This document shows, piece by piece, positions 1-7,890 of a stretch of DNA of 12,892 bases. Made by a program: the position numbers and the translations under genes. Under the pieces are notes generated by a model. It was not told where the DNA came from and did no database searches. It was given only the letters and a program-made list of their open reading frames with translations. Numbering within the stretch: the first letter of the stretch is position 1; each line of letters opens with the position of its first letter. Source of the DNA: Nostoc sp. DedSLP01 (GTDB taxonomy: Bacteria; Cyanobacteriota; Cyanobacteriia; Cyanobacteriales; Nostocaceae); NCBI GenBank assembly GCA_034530875.2, contig JAVRCJ020000077.1:1-12892 (forward strand). The letters run 5' to 3'.

Positions 1-60
1 AACCTGGCATTGACATTTACCCAAAAGATTTACTTGCTCTGCCTCCTGCGATTTTTTAGT

Positions 61-77
61 TTCATCGAACTCACGTT
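61..77. mobile_element. Isolated terminal inverted repeat of a MITE/IS-like element; the rest probably lies left of the window
   Basis: TTCATCGAACTCACGTT matches the right end of the element at 12261-12277 (TTCGTCGAATTCACGTT) at 15/17 positions. Its reverse complement begins AACGTGAGTTCGA, identical to 12122-12134. Confidence 0.6.
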
Positions 78-397
78 GAGTTAATAGTATTGGTAAGCTA
101 GACGCATTATGAAGGCAAAAGAGGCTGTGATGGATGAGGGGATGCGTTCGTCATCTTCTACTATTCTTAACAGGCCGCTTTTATCATGGGTGTGAGGGTG
201 CTAGCAAAAATAGCTCAAAAAACGAAGTTTTACTTAAGAAGATTAAGCACCGATTTATCAAGTATGCCTAAAACCTCATTCGTCAAGATGATTATAAAAC
301 TCGATTTTAAGATTGTTAAGAATGATGTATAACAAAGTCCTGAATACATAGTCTTGGCTGCTGAGTATAAACTCAGTTGCTTAATCGCTCAATTCTT

Positions 398-429
398 GTA
401 GGGTGTGTTATGCCGTAGGCTAACGCACC
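398..429 (+). repeat. GTAG-type REP-like extragenic palindrome
   Basis: GTAG tetranucleotide followed by the hairpin GGTGTGTTA(T)GCC-GTA-GGCTAACGCACC: 12-bp stem with one T/G mismatch, one bulged T and a 3-nt loop. This is the architecture of GTAG-family REPs. Confidence 0.7.
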
Positions 430-431
430 TT

Positions 432-543
432 TAAAGGACTTGCAACTAAAAAAATATCCTATCGCTGTTTACGCAACGGGGCAGGAGAAAGAATAGTAGT
501 ATTGAGTTCAGAAATTGGGATAATTATTTTTTGAATTTCTCTA
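432..543. repeat. Possible decayed miniature inverted-repeat element
   Basis: Left end TAAAGGACTTGCAACTAAAAAAATATCC and reverse complement of the right end TAGAGAAATTCAAAAAATAATTATCCC share the layout TA...A-tract...TATCC. Similarity is weak; it resembles dispersed Nostoc repeats as recalled from memory. Confidence 0.3.
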
Positions 544-732
544 ATGATTGACGATTTAGCAGAGATGAAAATTTTCATTTCATACTAGCTCAGACGGCTA
601 AAAGTCGCATATCTACTAGAGTTTTACTATGACCTTGGTGTTTCAAAACAATCAACTTGAGAGGCTTGGCAAATGTTTGTGCTTTCACGCGATGTTAATC
701 AAGGTCTATTTACGACTTAATTATATTCCGTA

Positions 733-803
733 AGCGGGCGGCGGGAATCGAACCCGCATTAATAGCTTGGAAGGCTATAGTTTTACCACTAAACTACGCC
801 CGC
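733..803 (-). tRNA. trnG: tRNA-Gly (anticodon TCC), CCA not encoded
   Basis: Minus strand reads GCGGGCGTAGTTTAGTGGTAAAACTATAGCCTTCCAAGCTATTAATGCGGGTTCGATTCCCGCCGCCCGCT (71 nt). Acceptor stem GCGGGCG/CGCCCGC, anticodon arm ATAGC-CTTCCAA-GCTAT, T arm GCGGG-TTCGATT-CCCGC, U discriminator typical of bacterial tRNA-Gly. Confidence 0.98.
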
Positions 804-820
804 AAATTTCCAACTTTATA

Positions 821-849
821 AGTATAACACAGCGATTAAGAAAAATCAA
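821..849 (-). promoter_or_regulatory. Sigma70-type promoter for tRNA-Gly
   Basis: Minus strand: TTGATT (849-844), 17-bp spacer, extended -10 TG-n-TATACT (826-821), ending 17 nt upstream of the mature tRNA 5' end. Confidence 0.75.
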
Positions 850-853
850 ACAT

Positions 854-2137
854 TTAGTTGGAATTGGCAGATTGAATTTTGATTCTGATATACAGATTGC
901 TCAAATCTGGTTTTGTACCGTCGTTATTCTGGGCAGGAACAAAGTTTTCGGTTTTGAAAATTTCGTTAAGAACTTGCTGATATGTGCTTTTTTCACTTTG
1001 CAGTGTTGGTGGTTGTATTTCTAAAACTACAGCCTGTTGAAAGTTGCCATTACCATCGATTACCAAGCTAGCCAATAGTTGTGCTGGCTTCAGTCCATAA
1101 TTTGGAGGGAGAAAACTGGAGTCGAATTGCTTTGTGCTGCTACCCCGATATACAGCGATCGCATCTGGTAAACCATCTTGCCGCAATTCTCCTGCTTTTA
1201 TCAAGCTACTCACTTCATCTTGAGTTAAGGGAGCTACTATTGCGATCGATGCTCCCTGAGTAGGAGTTTGCGGAGTTTGTGCTGGAGTTGGCCGAGTTTG
1301 CTCAGTAGGAGTTTGCGGAGTTTGTGCGGGAGTTGGTCGAGTTTGTCCCGTGGGGGTTGGTCGAGTTTGTCCTGTTGGAGTTTGCGGAGTTTGTGTGGGA
1401 GTTGGTCGAGTTTGTCCTGTTGGAGTTTGCGGAGTTTGTGCGGGAGTTGGTCGAGTTTGTCCCGTGGGGGTTGGTCGAGTTTGTCCTGTTGGAGTTTGCG
1501 GAGTTTGTCCTGCGGGAGTTGGTCGAGTTTGTCCTGTGGGAGTTGGCGGAGTTTGTCCCGTGGGAGTTAGCGGAGTTTGCCTAACTGGTGGTTTTGATGA
1601 AATACCTGTTAGTGGCGTTCCCTTTCCCAGTCTGAGTTGTTGACGGCGGTTCCAAGGAAGATTATTTACTGTAACTTTAGGTTTGGATGTCGGTGTGGGT
1701 GTAGGTATCGCCTTAACAACTGTTCGTTGCCGAAACCGTCGACTATTACTTGTAGAAGCCTCAGTTTTACTCTTGGGTTGTACACGCTCGATAGAATCTC
1801 TTGCAGAGGAATCTTGATTTTTTTGTGTAGTTATTGATGCTACAGGCTTGTGAGTGGAAGATAATCGTTTTGGTGCAATTTCCTTAACTGTCGATCGTGG
1901 TTGAATTGTTGATTTTGTTTTCGGAGCAATGTCTATTAATTCAATAGGTATGGCGGCTGATTGACTTTCTTGGGGAAACCAGAGAATAAAAGTATTTGAT
2001 GAGCGCATCAGCCAGAACACTAGCAAGTGCAGCGAGACTGAACCGATAAATACAGAAATCCACAAACCTGGTGGGTCGGTGTGTCGCCTCCAGACTTTGG
2101 TTGGAATTGGAGTTTGGTCTGCAACCGATGGTCTCAT
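854..2137 (-). CDS. TonB/TolA-like single-pass membrane protein with Pro/Thr-rich repeat stalk (427 aa)
   Basis: N-terminal hydrophobic helix LWISVFIGSVSLHLLVFWLM contains S-x3-H (cf. E. coli TonB SVCIH). Long Pro/Thr/Lys-rich linker. C-terminal ~70 aa (ASLVIDGNGNFQQAVVLE...FVPAQNNDGTKP...YIRIKIQ) follows the TonB C-terminal pattern (hxIdxxG...FxPAxxxG). The ORF is solid; the product is inferred. Confidence 0.75.
   Translation of the reverse strand: MRPSVADQTPIPTKVWRRHTDPPGLWISVFIGSVSLHLLVFWLMRSSNTFILWFPQESQSAAIPIELIDIAPKTKSTIQPRSTVKEIAPKRLSSTHKPVASITTQKNQDSSARDSIERVQPKSKTEASTSNSRRFRQRTVVKAIPTPTPTSKPKVTVNNLPWNRRQQLRLGKGTPLTGISSKPPVRQTPLTPTGQTPPTPTGQTRPTPAGQTPQTPTGQTRPTPTGQTRPTPAQTPQTPTGQTRPTPTQTPQTPTGQTRPTPTGQTRPTPAQTPQTPTEQTRPTPAQTPQTPTQGASIAIVAPLTQDEVSSLIKAGELRQDGLPDAIAVYRGSSTKQFDSSFLPPNYGLKPAQLLASLVIDGNGNFQQAVVLEIQPPTLQSEKSTYQQVLNEIFKTENFVPAQNNDGTKPDLSNLYIRIKIQSANSN
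1259..1579 (-). repeat. Coding tandem repeat: 14 units of 21/24 bp encoding QT(R/P)(P/Q)TP(T/A)(G)
   Basis: 107 codons made of nine 8-aa and five 7-aa units. Contains an exact 87-bp duplication (1308-1394 = 1422-1508). Confidence 0.95.
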
Positions 2138-2236
2138 ATCATATTTGAAACTGGATGCGATCGGGCACTTTTGCTAATTGCTATCGTTTAACCAGTTGTC
2201 AGCGATCGCTGTTGAATTTACAATCCAGTCTAAATT

Positions 2237-5200
2237 TTAGCGATTAACCACGATCTCTGGTGTAACAGCGAAAGTCAAAACTGTTTCATCTACTCCTTTA
2301 AGTTCTAGGGGGCTACCTTTAGTAATTTCTTCTTCCTGTAAATAATCTGCTACAGCAGCAGAAACCAAGATAGTACCGGGAACAGCCGCAGATTGCAACC
2401 TAGCAGCAATATTCACACTCGGCCCGATAGCAGTATAGTCAGCACGTTCAGCGCTACCGAACATCCCTACAACCGCCGTACCTTGGTGGATACCACAGCG
2501 AAACTGGACGCCAGTTTGTCTGTCACCATCAAATACACCTTGTTCTCGCCAACGCTGATTTAATCGATCGAGAGAACGGTGCATTCCTCTTGCTGTATTT
2601 ATGGCACGACGTACTTGTTCGTTGGGAGTTAGTTCTTCCGGCGCCCCGTATAAAGCTAAAATAGCATCTCCCATAAATTTATCTACAGTGCCACCATTAG
2701 CAAATACAACCTTGGTCATGGCTTCTAAATATTCATTGAGTAACTCTGCTACTCGCCGCGATCTAAGGGTATTTGCTAGCTGTGTAAAACCCACAATGTC
2801 GCTAAACAGAACAGTAATTAAGCGTGGTTCTGGGCGCAAATCTAATGCCAGATCTCCAGCCGCAGCTTTTTGCACTAATACAGCCGGTAAAAAGCGCTTG
2901 AGTACTGATTCTGTAAGATAAGTATTTAACTCCAAGATACGTCGTTCATTTTGCTTCAACGCTAAAAGATTACGAACTTCCGCTAAAAGTTCCCGGTCAT
3001 TGAATGGTTTTGCTAAATAAGCATCAGCACCATATTCTGTACCTTCGATGCGGGTTTCTTCGTCAACCTTCGCTGTCAGCAAAATGATCGGTATTCCTTT
3101 CAACTTCTCTTCATTGCGGATCATCTGAATCATCTCAAGTCCGCTTACCAAGGGCATCATTAAGTCAGTCAGAATCAAACTAGGTGTTATTTCCTTAGCT
3201 ATGCGATACCCTTCATAACCGTTACGAGATGTCTGTACTTGATAACCATTCCGACGGAGGATATCAGATACATAAGTTCGCAAATCGGGGTTGTCGTCTA
3301 CAACCAAAATAGAATGACTAGAATCTATTGGCGAGTGTCCAGTGCCTAATGGTGAGTACTGACCTTCAGAAGTGGGTAATAAATTTTTTGTAATATCTTC
3401 AATATTATCTGCTGCTCGATCTAACAGTTCTAGATCGGCCAATTCTACGCTAGCGCGGTTTGTGTTGAGTTCAACAGGAGTTTCCAGCACTTGCGGTGTG
3501 GGTAAGTGAGCAGCACCAGTAACCAGCGATAATGTAAAGATTGTACCTTCACCATAAACTGATTCCACACTGACTTGACCGCCATGTAGTTCTACTAATT
3601 CTTTAACTAAAGCCAAACCCAAACCGCTGCCTTCATAGGAACGATTTGCCGAACCTTCAGCTTGGCGGAAGCGCTCAAATAAATGAGGAATTTGTTCTTT
3701 AACAATGCCAATTCCAGTGTCTTGTACTTCCAATATGCAACGGTCATTTTGAGATTTCAGTCTGACGCTGACCGTACCACCTTCAGGAGTAAACTTCATG
3801 GCATTTGACAGGAGGTTATAAACGACCTTATCAAATTTTTCCATATCTAAGTACACTGTAGGACATTCATCTAGCTGGGTGGCAAGATGCAGCCCTTTTT
3901 TCTCGCAGTAGGGACGAAAAGACTCAACAATTTGGCTGACAAATTCTACTAAATCGCAAGGTCGGAAACTAGGTTGCATTCTGCCAGCATCTAGACGCTG
4001 TAAATCAAGCAGTTGATTTACTAATCGCAGTAGCCGACGAGAGTTACGTAGGGCGATCGCACTTTGGGAATAAGATAACCCCTCACCACCATTCACTGCC
4101 GACTCTAAAGGTCCTTGAATCAAGGTGATGGGAGTACGAAATTCATGGGAAATATTTTGAAAAAATTCTGTTTTTTGTTTATCTAATTCCAGTAAGCGTT
4201 CGGCTTGTTGGCGAGTTTTTTCATATAGGCGTGATTGCTGCACGGCGATCGCTGCTTGAGCCGCTACTGCTTTCGCTAAATCGATATCAGATAACACCCA
4301 CTGACGTATTTTTTTACTTTCACATAAAGTAATACTACCGATACATTTGCCATCAGCCAATAATGGCACGACCATTAGCGATCGCGCTGGCATTTTCAAA
4401 GACAAATCAAAACCCTTGATTACTTGAGGCGAATGATTGACATTGCCAATTACTACGGGTTCATGTGTCTGTAAAATCTCTTGTAAGATCGGATTCTCCT
4501 GTATGGAGGTTTGAGAATAAGGTAATTCCTGAGCTAATACGCGATCGTTGTTATTTATATTTTGGTTTGAAGTTGGCGATGCCTGCGGCAAGCTGTGCCT
4601 ACGTAAATTTTCAGAATGTTGAAAACTGTCATACAAGGCCACAGACTGGACAAACTCATCTTCTTCTGTCCATAAAGACAAGACACAACCATCAACTTGT
4701 AAAGCTTGTCCTAGTTGTTGGGTAATAGCTGCAAAAATATCCTCAGGGTCTAAGCTAGAGCGAATCGCGCTAGTAATCGTATTAATCAAGCTCTCTCGCT
4801 TAGCAAGGGCACGCACTTGTTCGTAAGCATACGCTTGCGACAAAGCTAAGGCTGCCTGATCCGCGACCATCATCACTAGCTGCACCTCATCATCGCCCCA
4901 CAAGCGGGGTACAGAACACTGGTGCAGTGCTAAGACTGCCATCAGTTCCTGTTGACAGATCAATGGCACAACCAAACTAGAACAAATATTGGCAGCAGCA
5001 AAAGCCTCCCCACGTTGGCGTAGTTCGGGAGTAGTACCCTGAATTCGCTCATCATCTATGACATCATGAATGACTTGGACTTCTCTGGTTTCCCATACTG
5101 TGTGGGCTAACAGGGAGGGGGGGAGGACAGCGAGGGGAGATGAGGGAACAGCAGAAAAATTGCTCTCTGTATCCTCAAGTTCGTTTTCTTCCAGAGGCTT

Positions 5201-5797
5201 TTGATAAATAAATCCTTTTTCTGCCAACTGCTCATCTTGGAAGGGACGCAACAGACAGACATCCACCTCCAACATCTGACCCACTGAATCTACAATCGCC
5301 TGCAAAATTTGCCGATAGTCTAGTGCACCGCGAATCGTGTTTGTGACCGTATTGAGCAGCGATTCTCGCCTGAGTGTCCGGGTAAGTTCGCGGGTGCGGG
5401 CTTTGAGGACATTATGGGTATCTAAAGCTTGGCGGACAACTCCTTTAAGTTCCTCTGCTTCCCACGGTTTCGTGACATATTTGAAAACCTTACCAGCGTT
5501 GATTGCTTCCACCAAGTCTTCAACATCGGTGTAGCCAGTTAAAATTATCCGGATAATGTCTGGGTATTGAGTTGCTGTTAGGCTTAAAAATTCTGTACCG
5601 CTCATCATCGGCATCCGCTGGTCGGAGATGATCACTGCGACCTCTCCCTCTTGAGCCAGTAAATCGAGTGCCGCAGGACCAGAGGTTGCTCTTAGCACCT
5701 TATAGTCCCGATAGAAAGTGCGGTAAAGCAAGTCAAGGTTGTCTGGTTCATCATCGACAACCAATATTTTAGGCTTACTGTTTGCTTGGGATTTCAT
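2237..5797 (-). CDS. cyaC: Multidomain adenylate cyclase / hybrid histidine kinase CyaC (REC-GAF-GAF-HisKA-HATPase-REC-class III cyclase), 1186 aa
   Basis: REC1 (ILVVDDE...ISDQRMP...KPW); two GAF domains (SLVVPLI...LALHQC; SLMVVPLLADGKCIGSI); H-box ISHEFRTP, N-box NLLSNAMKFT, G1 DTGIGI, G2 GSGLGL; REC2 (VVDDN...TDLMMP...KPF); cyclase motifs LFSDIVGFT, DKFMGDA and DYTAIGPSVNIAARL, with the Lys/Thr ATP-specifying pair of class IIIb adenylate cyclases. AGGA-type RBS upstream. Confidence 0.95.
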   Translation of the reverse strand: MKSQANSKPKILVVDDEPDNLDLLYRTFYRDYKVLRATSGPAALDLLAQEGEVAVIISDQRMPMMSGTEFLSLTATQYPDIIRIILTGYTDVEDLVEAINAGKVFKYVTKPWEAEELKGVVRQALDTHNVLKARTRELTRTLRRESLLNTVTNTIRGALDYRQILQAIVDSVGQMLEVDVCLLRPFQDEQLAEKGFIYQKPLEENELEDTESNFSAVPSSPLAVLPPSLLAHTVWETREVQVIHDVIDDERIQGTTPELRQRGEAFAAANICSSLVVPLICQQELMAVLALHQCSVPRLWGDDEVQLVMMVADQAALALSQAYAYEQVRALAKRESLINTITSAIRSSLDPEDIFAAITQQLGQALQVDGCVLSLWTEEDEFVQSVALYDSFQHSENLRRHSLPQASPTSNQNINNNDRVLAQELPYSQTSIQENPILQEILQTHEPVVIGNVNHSPQVIKGFDLSLKMPARSLMVVPLLADGKCIGSITLCESKKIRQWVLSDIDLAKAVAAQAAIAVQQSRLYEKTRQQAERLLELDKQKTEFFQNISHEFRTPITLIQGPLESAVNGGEGLSYSQSAIALRNSRRLLRLVNQLLDLQRLDAGRMQPSFRPCDLVEFVSQIVESFRPYCEKKGLHLATQLDECPTVYLDMEKFDKVVYNLLSNAMKFTPEGGTVSVRLKSQNDRCILEVQDTGIGIVKEQIPHLFERFRQAEGSANRSYEGSGLGLALVKELVELHGGQVSVESVYGEGTIFTLSLVTGAAHLPTPQVLETPVELNTNRASVELADLELLDRAADNIEDITKNLLPTSEGQYSPLGTGHSPIDSSHSILVVDDNPDLRTYVSDILRRNGYQVQTSRNGYEGYRIAKEITPSLILTDLMMPLVSGLEMIQMIRNEEKLKGIPIILLTAKVDEETRIEGTEYGADAYLAKPFNDRELLAEVRNLLALKQNERRILELNTYLTESVLKRFLPAVLVQKAAAGDLALDLRPEPRLITVLFSDIVGFTQLANTLRSRRVAELLNEYLEAMTKVVFANGGTVDKFMGDAILALYGAPEELTPNEQVRRAINTARGMHRSLDRLNQRWREQGVFDGDRQTGVQFRCGIHQGTAVVGMFGSAERADYTAIGPSVNIAARLQSAAVPGTILVSAAVADYLQEEEITKGSPLELKGVDETVLTFAVTPEIVVNR
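4581..4601. mobile_element. 21-nt small dispersed repeat (SDR5-like) inserted into a HIP1 site within cyaC
   Basis: GCGAT|GCCTGCGGCAAGCTGTGCCTA|CGT. Removing the 21 nt restores GCGATCGT (HIP1 7/8) and keeps the reading frame (LR-RHSLPQA-SP becomes LRSP). Confidence 0.7.
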
Positions 5798-6564
5798 GCA
5801 CCGCTTTCCTGCTGCAACGGCAGTCGGATAAAGAATAATCTGATCGGGTAAGGATTTTTTGGAGTCAGGTAAGAGCAGAGCATTTCCACCAATAAGGCTG
5901 TTTGGCTACATGACTGCTGAGTGTAGGAGCGTTTACTCACAGTGATTTATCTCAATGGCTTATACCGATTACCGCTTGCTCTGGTACAGAGTAATTGGCT
6001 CTATAGTCAGTTTTACTCTTACAGAGTCTGTACTTGCTTGCCAAATCTTCTTTCACCTCCAGTGAGCAATCTCTAAGACTACATACAGCACTCATAGCTG
6101 GCTGAAAAATCCAGATGAAGCTGCATATTAAGTTTTCCCCCCGCAAGAGTTGTACTAACACTTGCAGGCAAATTTTATTTATGGTAGTCATGCTAGGGCC
6201 AATAATATTAAAACAATAAGATTTAAAGCCAAAGTATACTATTAGACAAATACCTCTTTCCAATTTAGCAATCATAACTATCATTAAGACAAGTGGTACT
6301 GCTTGAGAAGTTGGAAATTAAAGGTTAGCAAACAAGCAGAGGTGTATTGAGAGCGATAGAGTGCTAAATGCTCAGTTAACAGCTAGGAGCTATTATTCCC
6401 CTTGTGCTCCTCTGCTCCTCATCTCCCTAATCTCCGCCAATCGCGATTGCTGTGTTTATTCAGAGTCGTTTTCTTGGGCAACTCTTAAGTTTTTATTGAG
6501 TTTAAATGGTGTTTTAGGACTTTTGAGAAAATTTTCCTTAAATAAAATTAATACTAAAGCAGCT

Positions 6565-7170
6565 TTGAAATATCGGTTTTTTCGCCCCTACCACCAACAA
6601 CCAATCGACCCGGCTTCACGCCATTTTCAAATTCGTGTGGCTACACCTGCTGATTTAGTTAGTGTTGCCCAAATTATTGCTGAAAGCTTTCACTCCCAAA
6701 AAGGTATGTGGGGATGGGCTTTTCCGTTGCTCCGTCTGGGTATTTACGAAGACTTAAGACATCGTATGCTCTCACCTGCGCCGCGTCATGTTTGTCTAGT
6801 TGCCCTAGATTATACTACTGGTGCTGCTAGTAACTTAGTAGGAACTGTGGAACTAGGTGTACGTTACAGTGATTCGTGGAGTCAAGTGAGCTTGGGTTTT
6901 CCTTACTTATCTAATTTAGCGGTTCACCCAAATTACCGCAGGCATGGTGTAGCTTCAGAGTTACTAAATAACTGTGAAAAAATTTCTCAAGAATGGGGAT
7001 TTCAAGACTTATATCTCCACGTTTTGGAAAATAACCATCAAGCAAGGCAGCTTTATTTCAAGCTGGGATATCGAGTGCATAAGGTTGAATCAAATTGGAA
7101 CGCATTTTTTCTCAGACGCTCAAGCCAAATGCTATTGCACAAAAACCTTAGTGCTAACTCTACTATCTAA
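6565..7170 (+). CDS. GNAT family N-acetyltransferase (~201 aa; the ORF track extends upstream to 6361)
   Basis: IRVATPADL start of the GNAT fold, acetyl-CoA motif A YLSNLAVHPNYRRHGVASELL, motif B LYLHVLENNHQARQLYFKLGY. TTG at 6565 preferred because 6361-6564 is low-complexity, intergenic-like sequence; start uncertain. Confidence 0.88.
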   Translation: MKYRFFRPYHQQPIDPASRHFQIRVATPADLVSVAQIIAESFHSQKGMWGWAFPLLRLGIYEDLRHRMLSPAPRHVCLVALDYTTGAASNLVGTVELGVRYSDSWSQVSLGFPYLSNLAVHPNYRRHGVASELLNNCEKISQEWGFQDLYLHVLENNHQARQLYFKLGYRVHKVESNWNAFFLRRSSQMLLHKNLSANSTI

Positions 7171-7537
7171 ATCTCCTTTTAGCCTTGTTGAAAAAGTCAA
7201 TTTTGCGATCGCAAACCACCTACGAAACGCTCTGCCTCTGAATAAAAGCATTCATCAATATCCCCAACTAAATATAATTCTTTTCATTAAAAATCTGCGA
7301 AAGCCGTTGAAATATGGTTAAATAGCTAAATAAAAGCTAAAAACTAGAATTAGTCAACGGTTATTTGCAGCTATAAGCCAATTTTTTTGTTTTTTTAGAA
7401 AAATTCAAGATTTTACAAAATTTATTATTAGTATTTTTAATAAAACTTCAATTTTTTGAAAGTATATCCTCGTCAAAAATTTTTACGTTTAGTATTTTTT
7501 TATTTGTAATTAATAAATAATTTAAAGTCTCTGATTG

Positions 7538-7592
7538 TTAATCTTATGGATTATAATCGGCATATCTTTAGACTTAATCCTAAAGATTATAA
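7538..7592. promoter_or_regulatory. Candidate tandem operator: two copies of TTAATC-N5-GATTATAA
   Basis: Copies at 7538-7556 and 7574-7592, 36 bp apart, each with the dyad TAATC-N5-GATTA. Overlapping inverted repeat ATCTTTAG-N8-CTAAAGAT at 7564-7587. Confidence 0.35.
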
Positions 7593-7890
7593 AGTCCTCA
7601 TAATAACTTTGTAATTTAGATATTCATCTTTATAGAAACTTTAAAAAAAGACTATTACAACTTGGAGACAAATTTACTTGTATCTCATAAAATATGATCA
7701 CTCAATTAGCGAACAATGCCTATTTATTCCTATCTTTGTTAAGTTGGCCGCAAGACTGTTAATAATAAAAGAATAGAAAAATCTCGTTTGACATAACAGC
7801 TAGTTCCTTTTTGATGTGCATACTACTACTAAATTCCTTAAAAGTTTAAAAAACATGGATAGCGAACAGCATCGCCGCTATCAGCCCGCT

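Noticed and set aside
1259..1579. CRISPR array or non-coding repeat
   Set aside because: No spacers; the repeat lies in frame within the 427-aa ORF.
767..1837. Plus-strand ORFs 767-1024, 1081-1263, 1268-1570, 1324-1584, 1350-1643, 1637-1837
   Set aside because: Antisense shadows of the tRNA and the TonB-like gene. The repeat keeps several frames open, and the Cys-rich look of 1350-1643 is a by-product of it.
2601..5534. Plus-strand ORFs inside cyaC (2601-2921, 4465-4725, 5337-5534)
   Set aside because: Antisense to a strongly supported gene and without recognisable motifs.
5952..6284. 110-aa minus-strand ORF upstream of cyaC
   Set aside because: No recognisable motif or RBS and atypical composition; more likely promoter or leader sequence. 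Cannot be fully excluded.
6438..6449. Perfect 12-bp palindrome CAATCGCGATTG
   Set aside because: Single occurrence, HIP1-like in composition, with no supporting context.
6361..6564. N-terminal extension of the GNAT ORF
   Set aside because: Crosses low-complexity CTCCTC/ATCTCCC repeats and AT-rich sequence; GNAT similarity starts only after about 6565.
6974..7321. 115-aa ORF overlapping the GNAT 3' end
   Set aside because: Out-of-frame overlap of about 200 bp with a real gene, and no motif.
7788..7824. Sigma70 promoter from the perfect TTGACA at 7788-7793
   Set aside because: No acceptable -10 hexamer at 16-18 bp spacing; CATACT lies 25 bp away.
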